The notes: generated from the sequence alone by a model not told the origin. 64,000 nt of DNA from Octopus vulgaris (GCA_951406725.2 OX597822.1:59272001-59336000), one strand, 5' to 3'. Numbered from the stretch's first letter, positions 1-13,321 are shown. Made by a program: numbers and translations.

Positions 1-132
1 TTCTTTCTTCTCAAGAAACCTTATTTGTGACGAAGCTAGTTTAACTGTTGACTCTTGCAACAATGACAGTCAGTTTGAAGCTACATTTGAAGACGATAAT
101 TGAAATACAGATTCTGCAGGTATGACTATGAT

Positions 133-410
133 TAGGGCCAGTTTTAAACCAATTAGACAGATTTGTTGAAATTGGGCCTCCCATCAAGAAAGGGCCCCGT
201 GCACAGCTCGACTTGTAACAAAAACATTAAAACTTCCATGTGCTTTCAAATTTTAGTATAATATTGTGGCTAATGGTGGAACTCCAAACCCTCAACGCAT
301 TTTGACTGCGATTGGGCGTACTATACAAAGCATAAAACATCAATCTACAGCTTTTGCAGAGTGTAGGGCTCTATTAACAGTTCTCTAATTGGGCCCCGCA
401 TTTCCTAGCG
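133..410. mobile_element. possible hAT-type MITE remnant
   Basis: Starts tagggccagttttaa, has internal gggcc(c) motifs and ends gggccccgcatttcctagcg, resembling hAT non-autonomous termini; no TSD seen. Confidence 0.3.
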
Positions 411-1341
411 TTTCCTATTTCCTATTTCGCATTTCCTATTGTTCATAATTATGATGACCTGCAACAAACCGAATTTAATAAAATAAGCTCCTGAAGCAGA
501 AGAACCTTCTACTGAATAAAATTTAAGCGTTGGCAACGTCATTTAAACAGCGAGAACAATTATTAGGTCAGTAGGAGGTATCAAAAACAAAAATAGGAAA
601 TTCTTAAGAAGTCCGTTTAAGAGAGGCACGCTCATACATTTACAATAAACAAATGATACCTAGACAAGATGAAATAGGCTATTTGCAATGTAAGAACGAT
701 ATTTGCTCCTTAAAAGCTGTAATGTAAGTGTTATGATTGATACGAAAGCGACTTCTCGTTTTTCAGACAATGAATTTAATGCTATTGGAGCGAAGTAAAG
801 CTGAAGTTGAAAACTAATTCAATGGGATACAACTTTGATCTCTTACTAAGCTTTATTTGTATTTACTCAAGAGAAAAATGAATCAAGAAACTACTTAAAC
901 AAACCAACACCGGTTGTCAAGCAGTAATAAACAAACTCAAACTAAAAGACGCGCGCGCGAAGACGCACATATGTGGGTAATGATGATAAGGTCGAATGCG
1001 AGGTCGAATTTCACATGACCGAAAAGTGAGAATAACGAATGCCATAATGTCGAAAGATCAAAACCCAGAATTTTGAAAGGCCATCTTAGATTACGAATTT
1101 GAATACGATCTACTCATCCTGACAATTTGCGTTCACACACATTAGGCTGCTCAGTGGTCTTCCAGGCACCATACAACCTGGATCTGGTAAACTACAGTTC
1201 TTCGGCGACAACGATTTGATAACATAGGTGAGGCGAAAATGACGTTGATGAATACGAAGACGTGGGTGTAGAACTGAATTTTGCTTTGTATAGAGGATTC
1301 GTGAGACGGAGTCATTAATGGCACAAATGCATAGCTTAATA

Positions 1342-1523
1342 CAATGCTCCGCAACCGGTATGTCGCGGCACGCTGGTGTGCCATGAGCCGATGCTAGGTG
1401 TGCCGCAATGAATATAATTCTTCCCATATACTTTTAGTTATATTTTTAGTTCAGGTGTACCGCCAAATTTTGAAAAGAATATTAGTGTATCGCAAGTGAA
1501 AAAAGGTAGTGGAGAACTTACTG
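1342..1523. mobile_element. hAT (Charlie-like) MITE with 8-bp TSD
   Basis: Termini caatgctccgcaacc ... ggtagtggagaacttactg; repeated gtg(t/c)cgc subterminal motifs; flanked by gcttaata (1334-1341) and gcttaatg (1524-1531). Confidence 0.7.
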
Positions 1524-2583
1524 GCTTAATGGACGAGATAATATTGAGTAGTATCTGTTTATAGAGAAGAGTAACTTTACCAACATACAGTATGTACAAT
1601 GTAAACAACCTATGCCATTTAAATAGTTATGCCAACTTTTGCGTAACTTTCAATACGACTCGTGTATGTGTGAAAAAGACGAGTAGATTTCCCACGGGAG
1701 ATGAATCATGCATCAGCCTTATACCGGAAAAGGGATTCTGAACAAATTAATCTGTCAAATTAGCACCTATAAACGTTTTACTAAATAAGCTGTGTGAGAC
1801 AGTAAAGCTATCATGCAGCTTTAGTGGAAACGGAACGAAGCGCTGGCTCTAAACCTGACTGAAGAAGCATGCCTCTAATAAACGTGTTTTGGGAGTTCAT
1901 AGCTGCTAGATTTGTTTTAGAAACGAACTAGAAATATTTTCTCACGTAATATTAATTAAATTATTCAAATCTCAGCGTGGTACATAATTTATATCATTAA
2001 AAACCCCCGGAAGTGTTGCATAATTTTCATCATAATGTATATATATGCCTCTGTCTCTGTTTGCTTGTCTCTCTCTTTCTCTCTTTCTCTCTCCCTCCCT
2101 CTTTTCTCTCTCTCTGTAAATATGTGTACGTATATTAATTGCTATGTGTATGTATGCACACACACATACAATAAGATGAGGGTGAACTCAGTTCAAATAC
2201 ATAACTTAATGCATGTCGTAAACAGAGATTATGTAGTACATTTAGTATATTCTCTCACAAATTTGAATTTGTTTCTGTTCTACAGCTTTCCAAAAAAGTA
2301 AAAAAAAAATCATATTGTTAATGGCAGCTCAATTTTAATGATGGGAAAACAAAACGAAGATATATATAAAAAAGAAAGAACGGTAAGTTAAAGAGTGGGA
2401 AGTGCGTATGGTTTTATAGGAATGGAGTGTTGCAAGGAAATAAAACTGTTTGCAGTAATGGGGAGCTAACGGTCAAGAATATGTGGATATCAATGTGAAC
2501 GAGTTTACACGCGAAATCGGAAAGAAAAAAAGAAATATAACATAGTTCTAAATTCACGTCTATTTAGTGTTAATGATTATTTA

Positions 2584-3231
2584 TCCAGAAGCGATCTGAG
2601 TGTAGAAGAATGGTTTATAAGTAACAAAAGGTGGAGGCGCAATGGCCCAGTGGTTAGGGCAGCGGACTCGCGGCCATAGGATCGCGGTTTCGATTCCCAG
2701 ACCGGGCGTTGTGTGTGTTTATTGAGCAAAAACACCTAAAGCTACACGAGGTTCCGGCAGGGGGTTGTGGCGACCCCTGTTGTATTCTTTCGCCCCAACT
2801 TTCTCTCACTCTTTCTTCCTGTTTCTTGAGTAACGCTGCGATGGACTGGCGTCCCGTCCAGCTGGGGGGAACACATACGTCGCAGAAACCGGGAAACCGG
2901 GCCCATGAGCCTGGCTAGGCTTGAAAAGGGCGCATAAAAATATATTTATATATGTATGTGCATGTGTGTTTGTGCGCGTGTGTGTATGTGTGTGCGCGTG
3001 TTTACATGTGTGTGTCTGTGTGAGGGTGTTTGTCAAGAAGCGATCTGGATGTAGAAGAGTAGTTATAAGTAACAAAAGAATGTGCGCGCGTGTGTGTATA
3101 TACGTATATATGTGTATGCATGTTGTTTGTGTTTGTATGTATGTGTGTGTGTGTGTTTACATGTGTGAGTGTGAGAGAGGGTGTTTGTCCAGAAGCGATC
3201 TAGGTGTAGAAGAGTGGTTATAAGTAACAAA
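2584..3231. repeat. three copies of a ~47-bp core separated by GT microsatellite (and a SINE)
   Basis: agaagcgatct...tgtagaaga..g.ttataagtaacaaaa at ~2584, ~3032 and ~3187. Confidence 0.85.
2633..2940 (+). mobile_element. tRNA-derived SINE (head type A, tail type D)
   Basis: ggaggcgcaatggcccagtggttaggg (A box) and ggtttcgattccc (B box); near-identical copy at 24702-24998; tail shared with 46494-46741. Confidence 0.9.
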
Positions 3232-3399
3232 ATAATGTGTGTGTATACATATACATGTGTTTGCATTTGTGTTTGTGTGTGTGTGTATGTGTGTGTGCGT
3301 GTTTACATGTGTATGTGTGTATGTGTGTATGTGTGTGTGTGTGTGAGGGTGTTGTTGTCAGGTGCGCACATATTGAGATATTACTTTGAAGGATTTAAT

Positions 3400-3560
3400 C
3401 AAACAAATCGACTTCAGTAGTTATTTTTTAATTCGGGTACTTATTTTATTCGTCTCTTTTGCTGAACCGCTACATTATGGCGACATAAACAAACCAATAC
3501 CAGTTGTCAAGCGGTGATGAGGTGGAGGGAGTCAAATACAAACACAAATGCACGCAGATA
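3400..3560 (-). mobile_element. decayed 3' fragment of the CORE-like SINE
   Basis: ctcttttgctgaaccgcta...ttgtcaagcggtg matches the copy at 25625-26030. Confidence 0.55.
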
Positions 3561-3636
3561 CACACATTAGTGTGGAAAGTCCAGGGCTGGTGAGTTCGAT
3601 GTGGATATGATGTCCTTGTTACGGACCTTGTTGATA

Positions 3637-3670
<34 letters not shown>

Positions 3671-3673
<3 letters not shown>

Positions 3674-4640
3674 GAAGGACAGCTTTCTGAACCTTGTGGA
3701 CGGACACTATAAGGGATGACGCTCTCCTAATCACTCCTGGATGTCCCCAGTCTAATTCGGGAATACTTAGAAAGCGTCTCTACGTTTTCATCCGGAACTT
3801 AAATCGCTTTATATCTTTCAAAAAGGGCAGCAATAAGTTAACATTTTACGTGTAACATTGGGTTTGGATTTAAGATTATATTATCCATATCACAAACCTA
3901 TCGAGAGCGCCCATTACGTTCACAGATAATCATACCCTCCCAAGTATGTCATCGATGGATTAGTTAGGGATATCTTGACTAGGATTTCCAACCTTTCCGC
4001 CAGTAATGTGAAATACCAAAATGAGGATCCCAGGAGAGCCAGTTATAGTGATAAAATTAAGTTTATCCATCATATCAAGATTAATCTGTCCCTAAAAAGT
4101 TATAGAAATATGGAGAACCTTACCTGAATTAAGGCATGATTTCATCAAACGTTTGTCTGTTCACCGCGGTTCGGGGGACTCCCAGAATTTTGCTAACCTC
4201 AGTAAATCACATACGGCACCAATTCACCACAGCGACGACTTGGCCTCCACGGGGGAATGGCGGGCATGAAATCTACCGGCCCCAGCGGTAACCAGGGGAA
4301 AATTAATTGTGGGAGGATTGGGCGGATGGGTCACACCACTAGGTCAATACAGGGAATCTTGAACAGGGCTATATAGATATGAAACCGAAGATCGACCATT
4401 TCTCTTTATAAAGAGTGAAGGGATGACTACACCTATGGCGGAAAGAAGATGAGCAGGAGACTGATAAGTTGGTACGGACCACTCTATTCCTCTAGTGTTA
4501 AAACCAAGGTCCCCAGGGTATTTTTCCAGATCCTCGAGAAAGCCTTTCTCCTGCAGTATAGGCATCATAGCATTTTCAACAAAAATTCTATGAAACTTTT
4601 GCACTCCACCACACCCAACGCGGCCAGTATTATAGCTGTA
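3671..4640 (+). pseudogene. Penelope-like retroelement remnant (Naiad-type RT/linker)
   Basis: Broken frames give Y/RDDAL (~3708), VNILRVTLGLDLRLYYPYHKP..YVHR*SYPPK..RISNLS (3838-4003) and RRLISWYGPLYSSSVKTK..IFNKNSMKLLHSTTPN..II (4449-4635), matching GLYRDD / VNFLDVTLDL / SNHPP / WFNPP..IFNRNTVKVSYSC motifs. Confidence 0.75.
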
Positions 4641-4644
4641 TCAA

Positions 4645-5995
4645 TGAAACTTACAAAATATGACGCACAGACCTGCTCTAGGAAAACATTCAGACCATCC
4701 ATACCAGGAAACTTGCCGTTGTTCAGTTCCTAATCAGCATATTTGACTTCTTATTTCTTTATTGCTCACTAGGGGCTAAACATAGAGAGGACAAACAAGG
4801 ACAGACAAAGGGATTATGTCGATTACCTCGACCCCAATGCGTAACTGGTACTTAATTTATCGACCCCGAAAGGATGAACGGCAAAGTCGACTACGGCGGA
4901 ATTTGAACTCAGAACGTAACGGCAGACGAAATACCGCTAAACATTTCACCCGGCGGGCAAACGTTTCTGCCAGCTCGCCGCCTTCCTCTGATGAAGAACC
5001 TCTGCAAGAATATCTTCGTCAGGTTTGCATGGTATTGACTTAATGAACTCTTCATCATCGCCTGATGGTAGATTTCAAATTTCGTCAAAATGTTTCCGCC
5101 AGTTCAGTATTTCTTTTGGCTGGCTAAATTGAGATTTGCCACCTTTAGTGCGTAATAGAGCCATGGGAGAAGATAAATTTCCGAATATCTCACGAAAGGG
5201 ACCGTACAACAATTTGGAATTTCATCAGCCTTAGCCCTTCGCCAAGATTCTCTGATGTTTCTTAACTGTCGCTGAACATGAAATTTTACATCTTTAAGTG
5301 CGTTGGTAAATTATATTTTTCTCTGTAGCGGGGTAGCCACATTTGAGGAAGGTTGAAAGCGCTCTCTTCTTTTCAAATAACAACTGGTTTTTGTCAATTT
5401 CATTAAACCAGTCTTGGTGTTTGTGGCTAGTAAAACCAATCATATCGGCACAAACATCGAACGAGCAATGCATATTTCACGAACACCACGATTGTGGGTG
5501 ATAGAATAGCCAGTAAAATACCACTGTTCTGAGCCAAGATACATCCATGAGGTCTTATTCTTATCTTTCAATTGAAACATAGTATTTCCTTTACAAAGGT
5601 CTAATTCAGTATACATTTGCAGCAGTAGTTTTCCTTTACTATTACACTTGCCTACACTATGTATCCCAATATCATCCCGTGCATTAGAGGCCCTGTTCTA
5701 CTCTTGCATTAGAATCACCAAGAATGATAATTTTGTCAGCTTTAGGAATCTTCCGGGCAAGTTCATACAGAGACATGTAGGAGAAAACTTTAACAGCTTC
5801 AGACTAACACATAGTTGGAGTATACACACTAACAAGAGTTACATAGCAGTTATTATTCAACGGAAGTTTCATTACATAAGTCACTATGTCAGGTCATTTG
5901 CGAGTGCTACTGGTAACATGTAATCCAATATAATCTGCTGCAGGGCTGGGCATTCGGTGACTAAATTGGAAATCCCATTAAGCTTGCTTAGTGAC
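4645..5995 (-). pseudogene. RTE-clade LINE remnant (AP endonuclease to start of RT), interrupted by a SINE
   Basis: Minus-strand fragments TLVSVYTPT, ILGDSNARV, HSVGKCNSKGKLLL, KTSWMY, HKHQDWFNE, KADEI, LNNGKFPGMDGL in canonical order; may extend to ~6410. Confidence 0.8.
4748..4984 (-). mobile_element. Nin/Deu-domain SINE, young tail type
   Basis: Head ggcggcgagctggcaga, core ttcatcctttcggggtcgataaattaagtaccag, tail tttgtctgtccttgtttgtcc; inserted in the RTE remnant. Confidence 0.9.
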
Positions 5996-6455
5996 GAGGG
6001 TGACTGAATACATACACACACACCCACACGCCCACATATACACACCCATCCAAACACAAACCCACGTACATACATATATGCACACACACACACTCACACA
6101 CACACAGACATCCACCCAAACACAAACACACGTACATACATATATGCACACACACACATACACACACACATATATAATTTCAATACTGAGCGAATAATTC
6201 AGGAGAACATTTGCAGACTTCAACGTGACGAGTTGGGGATTTTTTCATCGTGGTAACACGTACTGAGGAAGGTGAGGCTATATGCGAAACCAGAAACTGG
6301 TCCACGTGAGTCCAAATACTAGAATGTATGTTGAATGATTTTCTTGACCCGTGTGTTTGCAAGACGGTTGAATTCTCTAGTTATTATCAGTGTTTTTTTT
6401 CGGCGATTTAAATAAGAGTGTTGACTTATGTTGATATACTCAGTATGTCCCTTTA

Positions 6456-6502
<47 letters not shown>

Positions 6503-6529
6503 GATACATACATACATGCAAAACAATGT

Positions 6530-6777
6530 AAAGTTCCTTCCCGAGTCATACAGACTCACAAGGGCCAGTTCCCCCAGTTTCCATGGTGTATATATTCCTC
6601 ACCTGGACGGGACGTCGGTCCGTCGTAGGATTACTCATTTTTGCCAGCTGAGTGGACTGGAGCAACGAAATGAAGTGCTTTGTTCAAGAATATAGCGCGT
6701 TTCCCGGTCAAGGAATCAAAACTACAGTCTTACGATCATGAATCCAACACCCTAACCACTAACCATGCGCTTCCACA
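6530..6777 (-). mobile_element. tRNA-derived SINE (type D, diverged)
   Basis: Reverse complement aligns to 46494-46741 (agtggttagggtg, cactcagctggcaaaaatgagtaa). Confidence 0.85.
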
Positions 6778-6806
6778 TGCATGCATGTATGCATGTATAT
6801 ATCATA

Positions 6807-7368
6807 CAGGGTGACCTCAAAATAGCAGAACCCATAAAAATTTTTTATTAAATCTTACAAAGGTTCAGCAAATTTCTTGAAATTTTCTAGACTTAAACGT
6901 CGTCCTGTGTACAATCATTCCTTTTGCATAAAAGTCATGTTCTTTTCAAAATATGCTCCAAATAGCATACGTCGCGCAAACACTTGCACACATCGCGTAA
7001 AACTGTCAATTACTCGAACACATTCCTTTTTGGGGATTTCCCTGCTTTCTGCTGTGATTGCTGCTTTCAGTTCACCAATCGTTTTAGGGTTGTTCTCGTA
7101 AACATCATCTGGTAAACATACTCCCACAGATATAAATCTGGGGTGGAGTTCAAGTCCGGTGAATGAGGTACCTACTCAACACCACACTTCCTGCTGATCA
7201 GTTTCTCCTGAAATCACTCTCTCAGCCAGGCTATGGAGCCATTTGATGCGTGGGGGATGGCACCGTCTTGCTGGAACCTCTGTTCATCTCGATCTATCCC
7301 TCTGCGTCGTTTAATTCAAACAGCTTTATTCAAAGATTTGTGGGTTCTGTTTTATTGGGGTCACCCTG
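6807..7368 (-). mobile_element. Tc1/mariner internal-deletion derivative with both TIRs
   Basis: TA-cagggtgacc...ggtcaccctg-TA, ~30-bp imperfect TIRs; transposase remnants FQQDGA.PH, SPDLN and VYENNPKTIGELKAAI. Confidence 0.9.
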
Positions 7369-8182
7369 TATAATATCACATATCAGGATAACAGGTAAGC
7401 TGAATATGTCAGTATGATATATAAATTGCTTCATACACCCTTGAAAATTTGTGATTTTTATGCGTTATGCGTCCTCCCTGGTGATACGGTCTGTCAAACC
7501 TTATCTCAATGAAATTAGAAATTTCTTCTGTCCTTTGTTGCAATTGTTAAAATTTTGCGTGAAATACCATGACATAATGTCGTATGTGACAATAAACGTA
7601 TTACTTCCAAAAAACGTAATTTTTGGGGGTGGGTTCGGGGTTGGGTGGGGATTGTTGTTCTGGTTTTTAAATAAGTTTCTGTGTGAAGAGTTGGGTGTAT
7701 TTTAAATGAATTATTTATGGAGCAGTGATAACAGGAAGAAATATAATGACGTTATCTCGCAGTTTCATCTTTGTTCTAAATGTTTTGGTTATGTTTCAGA
7801 AATGTCATGTAAAGATTTTGAAAATGAAATGGTTTGATTACACCATATTGTTGTCGTTGTTGTTGTTGTTGTCTCGTTTTGATTCAGTCCTGATAAAGCC
7901 GTTTTATGATGAAAGGCATTATATGGGTGTCTACAGCCCATATTGCTTAAAATATTTTCTATTTTTATGTTACATTGTGTTTTGAACGAATTCGGCTGCT
8001 ATGCTTAGAGCGAGGCTCCTTCGTTGGTGTGAGAGAGGTGTAATTGATTGACTAGGTGTCAGTATAACACAGTTTATCGAGTCCGGAGCGAAGAAGGCAT
8101 GTGAATTAGTTTTCTTTTTATCAGGCGGTGTCGTAGATTTTATTTTTTTCCACGATTAAGGCAGCGACTATGACTTTTTACC

Positions 8183-8323
8183 GGGTCTCCGAAACCCCTG
8201 GGGTAAACGGAAGTTATCCTCAAACCGGGGACATAACTTGATAGCTTGTGATTGTGTGGACTCCGTTAAGGATGATGTTGCGGTCTTGAACCGAACAGTA
8301 GATTAAGTCCAGCACCCAATACC
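8183..8323 (+). repeat. unclassified dispersed repeat (copy 1 of 3)
   Basis: tcctcaaaccgg...gcttg...ggactcc(g/a)ttaagga shared with 22268-22390 and 42781-42913. Confidence 0.7.
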
Positions 8324-10676
8324 AGAATTATCCAAATAGTTGTTAAAGAATGTTCTTGTACCAAAATTTACTCGAGTCAGTGGTAGAAGACTCTTTCGTA
8401 AGATGTCGCGTATGTAGTTGTGAAGCGAACTTCTAAACAAAACTATGTCTGTGTCCAGATAACATCTGTAACGGCTACAACAACCTTAAGCTCATTAATC
8501 TTTAACAACTAGTTTAACTAAGGAAATATTCCCAAATGAATTTCCATTATTTAATTCAGGTTGCAGATCGCAAAAATATAAAAAAAAAGAAAAAAGAAAA
8601 TTCAATACATCAATAATCTAGAGAAACAATATAAGAATTTTAAGCGAGATTTTATATAAAATCAGAAAAATAAAGCAAAATTGAACATATCGGTCGATTA
8701 AATTTGCAGTATATAATGTGAACTTGTACCGATCATTTGAAAATTTGGGTAGAATGACAATATTAAATCTAACGAGAAATAACATAATCAGTATATTAAA
8801 TTACTGGTGTGTTAACACTGTTTAGTTTTATTACTATAATGTACCAAAGAACATTATAGTGGGTTGACTAATAAATTTATTGATATGTTCTGCAGTACAT
8901 TACAGCATTCAGGCAGAAAGGTAACTCTCACGGGTAATGTTGTGCTTTTATTAATCTGTAGTTTATAGAATAAATAGCTGTCATTTATTGGATTTGTTTT
9001 AACCGACTTGCCAGAAGAAATTAATATCAGCAAATAAACTACATTAGTAAAGACATACACTTTCGCAGGAAATTGAAATGTCAGCAGGAAATGTAGGGGT
9101 TCAATTTCAGGCGAGGATCTAACACTGATTTTTTCTTTTCTTTTAAAAAAAAAAAACATTTAAAAAAAAAGTATTTGTTTATATATGTATATCAGTTACT
9201 GTAGGGATTATGAACTTGTGTTTATACGTGTGTGTGTGTGTGTGTGTGTGCGTGCTGCGTGTATGTGTGTGTGTGCGTGCGTATGTGTGTGTGTGTGAAA
9301 GAGAGAGAGAGAGAGAGAGAAGGAGGAACAGGTTGATTCTATGCTTGCTATGAAATATATTTGAAAGGACTTAATCGATTTGTTTTTGGTGACATATTTC
9401 ATACCTGCCCACTGCACTCACACACGCACACACACACACACACACACGTAAGTTTATGCGTACGTGCGTAAGTGTGTGTGTGTGTGTGTGTGCGCGCGCA
9501 TTCTGAAGCATGAAAAACTCACATCGATCGTAAAATAAAATGCAAATAATAGCAGAAATAGACTTAATAACAGTCATATCATCAGATGAAGCGTATAAAA
9601 ATGAAGTAAACTGAACATTTCATAATTTTTTTAATAAATATTTGCTTATTGACGAAAAACAAAATCAAAATAATTCTGTGAGGAATAACTATCTCTGTTT
9701 ACACATCTAACTAAATGTAAGTTTTGATATGATGATGTTCTTTAAATTGTAGTTGAACAGCTTTCCAACATGCAGGGTAATCTGAGTAAGTTACAGAGAG
9801 TTACAGATTTAAGATAACAAAAAACATTTCCAAGTGCAAAAATGAAAGAAATCTCGATACGAATTTGTTCAGATTGATAAATAATAAGACTTGCAAAATG
9901 ATAACATTGTGGAACGAAAACATAATACAAAACAAAGTCCAGTGACCTTCAAGCAAAACAGTATATCGGTATGAAAATTGAACAGATTGATTTAATAATA
10001 GACCTGCAAAATGAAGGCAGAGTGAAACGAAAACAATAAAACATAATGACCTTCGAGAAAAATTGAACTCCTCAGTTTTTTTCTGTTAGTGGTATAACAC
10101 AAAGTTCAATATTCTAATTACATTTTCATAATTCCAAAAGGACGTTCGTTCAATTGAATTCAATAAAATTATGCAATCATCAAATACTAGAGTTTATCTA
10201 ATATTTTGATAAGTTGAACACACCTGAATGTCAGACGAAACATCTATTTATAAATTGCTTTGTCAATGCACAATATTTACATTAATTTCGACTATGTTTT
10301 AAGCGACACCTCCTCTCACCTAACACTCACTGACCGATTTAAATGAACAAGTAATTAAGCTAAATTCAATTTATCAAATGATTGCTTAGAACCTATCACA
10401 CCAGTTGGAGGTCAGTAATCAATGTCATTGCAGTTATTATTACTTATACCATCTCTCTCTTCCTTTCCCACCCTTAATTTTTTTTATTATCTATCCTCAT
10501 TCTTTTTCTTTCCTTCTTTCCTTTTCTCACATTCTCTCCTTTCCTCTCATATTATTTACTCACACACATTTTATAAACTTGCTCACAAACTTTAGCCTCC
10601 CGAAAATATGCGTACATGCCTCATTTTTTGTTATGTAATATATCTTGTGTGTGGACTTGCGCGCGCGTGCTCGTGC

Positions 10677-10728
<52 letters not shown>

Positions 10729-10731
10729 ATA

Positions 10732-11195
10732 CAGGGTGCGGTGAATAAACTGTCGTCTAAATTACGCAAAAATGAAAATAGCATTATCTCATTTTAACAT
10801 ATATTTACCAAAATTGCATTAAAATATCTTGTAATACTAAAGAGTAAATTCATTCAATAAAATTGACATTGGCTTCAACCACGGCCACCAAACGACTTTG
10901 GAATCTCCTGCAACTCTTCTGGATGGTCTCCTTGTTTAAGTTGGTGAATACTGCCATAATTCTTGCCTTCAGTTTATCTTTGGTGTTACAAGGGGTTGTG
11001 TTGGTTTCTCGCCCAACTGTGCCCCACACCATAATCAAGGGGGATGCTGTCTGGGGAGTTAGGCGGCAAGATCTTAGGGGTGATGTGGTCGTAGAAATAG
11101 TCTGACATATATGATTGGTTTCCCCTGCTAGTGTGGCATACTGCAGAGTCCTGTTGCCAGACATAAAGTCTTCCAATAGCTACCCTCTTCACCCA
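10732..11195 (-). mobile_element. Tc1/mariner (maT/DD37D-like) 3' remnant
   Basis: TA-cagggtgcgg TIR; YVWQQDSAVCH..PPNSPD..PLDY..VWGTV..FQSRLVAVVEANVNFIE. Confidence 0.88.
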
Positions 11196-11224
11196 CGGAG
11201 TCCTACATCAGATGCGTAGTGGAG

Positions 11225-11390
11225 GTAGTGTTGTGTACATCTAACTAGTTAGGTCTGCACATGTCACCAATTTGCTATCGCCATAGGACTTTCAGTAGAT
11301 GGGAATAACAAATGAGGTCACCATAAAATGACATCTGTGCATTATTGAATTATGGTAATAAACGTTTGTATAACATGAATACCACTCTGA
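11225..11390. repeat. second unclassified dispersed repeat (copy 1 of 3)
   Basis: aactagttaggtctgcaca...ggactttcagtagatgg...gtcacca..aaa.gacatct shared with 33372-33495 and 43505-43660. Confidence 0.75.
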
Positions 11391-11885
11391 GTCTCCGTCA
11401 TTAGTACCCTGTGATAAGCTGAAGCAAGATGATCTGTAATCATGAGAAACTGCAGGTTTTACATCAGTGTCTCCCTGCTAGATGGCTGCTGTGTCAACAG
11501 TTAGGGACCTCAGGGACCTCTCAACGAAGGATATTTCTGACACCAACGAAGGATATTTCTGGATATTCCTGCGTGCTCGAATTCATATGCTAAGAAAAAG
11601 CTGGGAGCCTGACAAGTGCTACTGCGGATCAGAGTACATCTGAGAATAGTGGCTAAGACTTGATTCCACTCTCTTCAAAACCTTGGAATTCCTGAACCAG
11701 AGCCCCACTACATGATGCAGTTAAAATCATACCAGGACGTACATACACACACATGCACACACACACATACATACACACAAGCTCCGCTTATACACACATC
11801 ATCATCATCATCATCATCACCATAATCATGCCAGAAGATCAGGGCAAAACACACATGTACACACACACAATTACACTCACCGCCT

Positions 11886-11918
<33 letters not shown>

Positions 11919-11926
<8 letters not shown>

Positions 11927-12380
11927 ATATTTCGGAATGGTCATATTGCCAGTTTAGCCAATAAAAACACACGCACTATATATTTGGTGTTATTTTGCTT
12001 CAGTGATATTTATTTTTTACATTAATCTTAATCTTATTTCGGCCAAAGTTCTTTCGTCACACTCCTGTGACCGCATCAGTGGTCCTTTGTTTTCTTCTCA
12101 CTTACTTGTGTCTCTCCTTACTAACCGTCAGCCATTTTGTATTTCTATTGTATGTCTTCATTTGCTCATGCTTATATCTCTATGTGCGTCTATGTTTATT
12201 TAGTGTGTGTGTGGGGGGGGATGCCTGTAATATTTGTATCTTCTGGTTATAACACCAAATATATAGTGCGTGTGTTTTTATTGGCTAAACTGGCAATATG
12301 ACCATTCCGAAATATAACAATATCTGTTTCAACACACGACTTCACATAAAAAATCTTGCACAACAAATATTTAATATATA
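11919..12380 (-). mobile_element. Penelope-like pseudo-LTR fragment with inverted partial copy, between (TA)n tracts
   Basis: Perfect 75-bp inverted repeat (11919-11993 / 12249-12323); hammerhead-like motif in the spacer; related sequence at 13147-13265. Confidence 0.7.
12041..12085 (-). ncRNA. hammerhead-like motif (A9 substituted)
   Basis: Minus strand: ggacca CTGATGC g GTCAC aggagt GTGAC GAAA gaac TT tggcc. Confidence 0.55.
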
Positions 12381-12697
12381 TATATATATATATAAAATAA
12401 ATAAATAAATAAATAAATTAATTAATAAATAAAATAATATATAAATATAAAAATATACATACATACATATATATATATTTGTATATATAAAATTTATAAG
12501 TTTAAATTATTTAAATAATTTTTTATTTTTAACTTTTATATTTTAAAATTAATTTTATGTATTGGCTTATGTTTTTCACTGTTTGATTTGCCTAATAGTG
12601 GTTTTATCTCCAATATAATATAATATAATATATTTATACCATAAAATTTGATTTAATCCTAAATCTAATTTTTCCCTGTAAGTTTGGATTTATTCCC

Positions 12698-12770
<73 letters not shown>

Positions 12771-13146
12771 TATAACACACATACGAGGAGAAAATGCAGT
12801 CATGGGTAACTGACTGAAAAATCTACAAGAACTGTGACAAATGACTTATCAATCAATTAGAAAAGAACAAGTGAACTAAAGTATGTTTTGTTGGAAGAAT
12901 GATTTCAAGGTTTAACAATGTATCTTTCAATACTGTTTCGCCTCAGCAATCCTTAAAGCGCACACACCTTTTTGCATATACATTGTACTGCTGGCTTTCT
13001 TCGTCATAGAGCTAATGACACCTTTACTCGACGTGTATGAAAACTCTGTCTGTCTGTCTGTCTGTCTGTCTGACAGTCTGTCTCTGTCTTTCTCTCTCAC
13101 ATCCACACACATTAAACGGAGCAGGAGTACACACGAGGACGGAAAG

Positions 13147-13191
13147 TGTTGCTGAAGAGGTCACAGACGTGTGACGAAAAATTTCCGGACA
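13147..13191 (+). ncRNA. minimal type I hammerhead motif, canonical core
   Basis: tgttg CTGAAGA g GTCAC agacgt GTGAC GAAA aatt TC cggaca; same stem II as 12041-12085. Confidence 0.65.
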
Positions 13192-13268
13192 ATAGATACG
13201 AGTTAAAATAAGAACAGTAATAAACGAGTGAAGAACGAATATTTAGTGCGTGTGTTTATTTGGCAAGA

Positions 13269-13321
<53 letters not shown>

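Noticed and set aside
985-1340. Possible Mutator-like remnant (gtcgaa repeats, FAFTHIRLL)
   Set aside because: Similarity too weak to support by eye.
2633-2705. tRNA genes at SINE heads (also 27186, 46494)
   Set aside because: A/B boxes are present, but they run into repeated SINE bodies and lack a proper acceptor stem.
2584-3231. CRISPR-like repeat-spacer pattern
   Set aside because: Eukaryotic context, spacers are microsatellite or SINE, and no cas genes.
3671-4640. Selenoprotein/SECIS as reported for some Naiad elements
   Set aside because: The copy is decayed and lacks the endonuclease and 3' end, so this cannot be assessed.
12928-13008. Hammerhead-like remnant (minus: gccagca...tgctgaggc GAAACAGTA)
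   Set aside because: The CUGANGA box and stem I are not recoverable; too decayed to call.
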